A DNA stretch of 34,772 nt from Candidatus Nanoarchaeia archaeon (GTDB lineage: Archaea > Nanobdellota > Nanobdellia > UBA10117), in NCBI GenBank assembly GCA_038894275.1, contig JAWAPU010000001.1, forward strand, positions 1 to 34,772, written 5' to 3'. The stretch's first letter is position 1; every line of letters starts with the position of its first letter. Under the pieces are notes generated by a model, which saw only the letters and a list, made by a program, of their open reading frames with translations, did no database searches and had not been told where the DNA came from. Both the position numbers and the translations under genes were made by a program. Positions 33,303-34,772 of the stretch are shown here, piece after piece.

Positions 33303-34433
33303 TTTGTTTGGTTTGAATAAAAACCTGTTTAATTTTTTCTTTGCTAGCGCTCTATTTTTTTGATGTTTTTTTAGAAAAGAATTTATTTTTTTTATTGTGT
33401 ATGCTTTAAGTTCTGAAGTTAACAATTTTCCAGTTTTGTAATTATTATAAATTTCTTGTAATCTTTTATCATCTGATTCGAAGAAAGTTTCAAGCCACTG
33501 GTAACAAACATCAATTTCAGGAATTCCGCCAAGTTTTCTGTGCTCTTCTAAATTTCCTCGGCCTCCTGAAAAGGCATGTTTCTTAATTTTTTCTTCAACA
33601 ACTTCCGGGGTATCCGTAGTATATATTGTAGAATGGGGAACCGAAGCAGACATTTTTCCACCCGCCAATAAACCTGTTAGAAATTTTGCATGAATTAATG
33701 CAGGTTTATAAAAGCCTAATTTTGGATATACATCACGAGCAACTCTAAAATGCGGGTCTTGATCTATGGCTAAAGGTATTAAACAAGGAATATTTTTTTT
33801 AGCTAAAACAGATGGAAGTATTGCTGGGGTTGCTTGCATTGCAGTAAAAAATATTTGACCAATATTATACGAATCTGTAAAACCAAAAGCAGCTTTAACT
33901 GTCGAAAGTGTTATCTTTTTGGCTATTTGGATTGCTGTTTTATATTGAATTCCTGCATGCTCGGGAAAACTATTAATTAGAAAATGCGTTTTTTTAGGAT
34001 TAAAACCAATCGCAATAATGTCTAAAGCATTATCTAGTGCAAAAGAATTTGTTTTTTCCAAATCTAGTTCTTCTTTAAATAAAAATTTTTCATCATCTGT
34101 AAACTGGACCCATACTTCAGCATCGAATTTATCTTGCAACCATTTTGTTAATGTAAAAGGAATTAAATGGCCTATGTGCATCGGCCCAGAAGGGCCCCTT
34201 CCTGTGTAAAGAAAAAATTTATTTCCTTTTTCATATTCATTCAAAAGCCATGGTAAATCTCTATGCGCAAAAAATATTTTTCTTTTTATCATAAAATGGG
34301 CTTCTCCAACAAGTTTCTCAATGCGAGTAATTAAAGCATCGTTCAAATACTCCACTCCAAATTCTTTAATGAGTTTAGAATAGTCTATTTCGCCTTTTAC
34401 TTCCCAAGGCGTTACTATAAATTTATCAGCCAT
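33285..34433 (-). CDS. trpS: Tryptophanyl-tRNA synthetase (archaeal/eukaryotic type)
   Basis: VTPWEVKGEIDYSKLIKEFG at the N-terminus. HIGH-like motif GPMHIGHL and KMSKS-like motif GGKMSAS. The 3' end overlaps the FEN1 3' end by 18 nt. Confidence 0.92.
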   Translation of the reverse strand: MADKFIVTPWEVKGEIDYSKLIKEFGVEYLNDALITRIEKLVGEAHFMIKRKIFFAHRDLPWLLNEYEKGNKFFLYTGRGPSGPMHIGHLIPFTLTKWLQDKFDAEVWVQFTDDEKFLFKEELDLEKTNSFALDNALDIIAIGFNPKKTHFLINSFPEHAGIQYKTAIQIAKKITLSTVKAAFGFTDSYNIGQIFFTAMQATPAILPSVLAKKNIPCLIPLAIDQDPHFRVARDVYPKLGFYKPALIHAKFLTGLLAGGKMSASVPHSTIYTTDTPEVVEEKIKKHAFSGGRGNLEEHRKLGGIPEIDVCYQWLETFFESDDKRLQEIYNNYKTGKLLTSELKAYTIKKINSFLKKHQKNRALAKKKLNRFLFKPNKLYKSI

Positions 34434-34463
34434 TTTAATAAAATTTATCAGAAATTTAAAAGC

Positions 34464-34676
34464 TTATTCTTTAGATTCTTTTTGCTTTTTATACTTTGGG
34501 CAATTTTTATAATTATTAGTACAAAATATATAGTAATCTTTTTCTTTTACAGTTTTTTCAGTAACTTTGCAAAACCATACTTGTTTAAAAATCGGATAAG
34601 GACCGAGAACTGAAAAACCTGAATAGCTGCTTGGCAAAAGGTCAACTATTAAATACGGGCATTCTTCTAATGACAT
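34464..34676 (-). CDS. Hypothetical small Cys-containing protein
   Basis: ORF of about 70 aa counted from the ATG at 34676 (the track start at 34691 is a TTG). Four Cys residues (ECPY...FCKV...FCTNNYKNCP). Weak support. Confidence 0.35.
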   Translation of the reverse strand: MSLEECPYLIVDLLPSSYSGFSVLGPYPIFKQVWFCKVTEKTVKEKDYYIFCTNNYKNCPKYKKQKESKE

Positions 34677-34772
34677 GTTAATGTTCAACAAAGATAATTT
34701 TTAAGATTTTTTATGTCTGTTTTGTATTTTTTGATCTAACATATACAGGACAACTTGTATAATTACTACTTG

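Noticed and set aside
1954-34209. Remaining short ORFs in the track that lie inside and opposite well-supported genes. Examples: 1954-2274, 3943-4395, 5841-6059, 6104-6388, 6434-6628, 7148-7384, 8726-9037, 13469-13666, 14943-17576 (several), 18482-18721, 19006-19782 (several), 20439-20684, 21782-21991, 22377-24141 (several), 24703-25038, 25647-27338 (several), 29612-29944, 30242-31183 (several), 31636-31827, 32695-33273 and 34018-34209.
   Set aside because: Each is nested antisense or out of frame within a longer ORF that has recognisable family motifs or membrane/signal features. None has a motif of its own. ORF 20439-20684 also runs through the tRNA-Gly gene.
1-34772. CRISPR arrays, transposases, integrases, prophage genes, toxin-antitoxin pairs or known defence genes
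   Set aside because: Reading both strands, I saw no regularly spaced direct repeats. I recognised no DDE/serine/tyrosine recombinase motifs and no nuclease-ATPase defence-type pairs. This is eye inspection only, and a profile search could still find something.

Overview
This is a gene-dense, visibly AT-rich archaeal chromosomal segment. The archaeal assignment rests on AglB/STT3, membrane LonB, archaeal DnaG, a class I CCA-adding enzyme, aEF-1beta, FEN1 with a C-terminal PIP box, eukaryote-like TrpRS, and an initiator tRNA with an A1:U72 pair. Tiny intergenic gaps, many overlapping gene ends and tRNA genes that abut CDSs suggest a small, streamlined genome, possibly DPANN-like. That lineage call is inference only. 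Most of the window is housekeeping: an N-glycosylation core (aglH, aglB), LonB, a Toprim protein plus DnaG, CCA enzyme, ScpA/ScpB divergent from tRNA-iMet/RNase HII/SMC/M50 protease, TruD, DedA, a Zn-ribbon protein/EF-1beta/FEN1 cluster, and TrpRS. There are five tRNA genes and none encodes a 3' CCA. The one accessory-looking stretch is about 21.3-30.2 kb. It is a cell-surface locus with a sequon-dense, Cys-rich lamin-tail-domain protein, a putative S-layer protein, and a tight three-gene module built around a processive family-2 glycosyltransferase. I see no CRISPR array, transposase, integrase, toxin-antitoxin pair or recognisable defence system. The observations I think are most worth following are: (1) a tRNA-Val(CAC) whose T-arm is interrupted by a 10-nt insert that folds as a relaxed bulge-helix-loop splice motif; (2) the GT2 synthase flanked by two single-pass membrane proteins, a candidate synthase-dependent exopolysaccharide module; (3) the contrast between an S-layer candidate with zero N-X-S/T sequons and a neighbouring surface protein with about 22; (4) an initiator tRNA that ends 4 nt before the rnhB start codon. 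None of these amounts to a demonstrated new system. All functional calls rest on motif recognition by eye, not on database searches.
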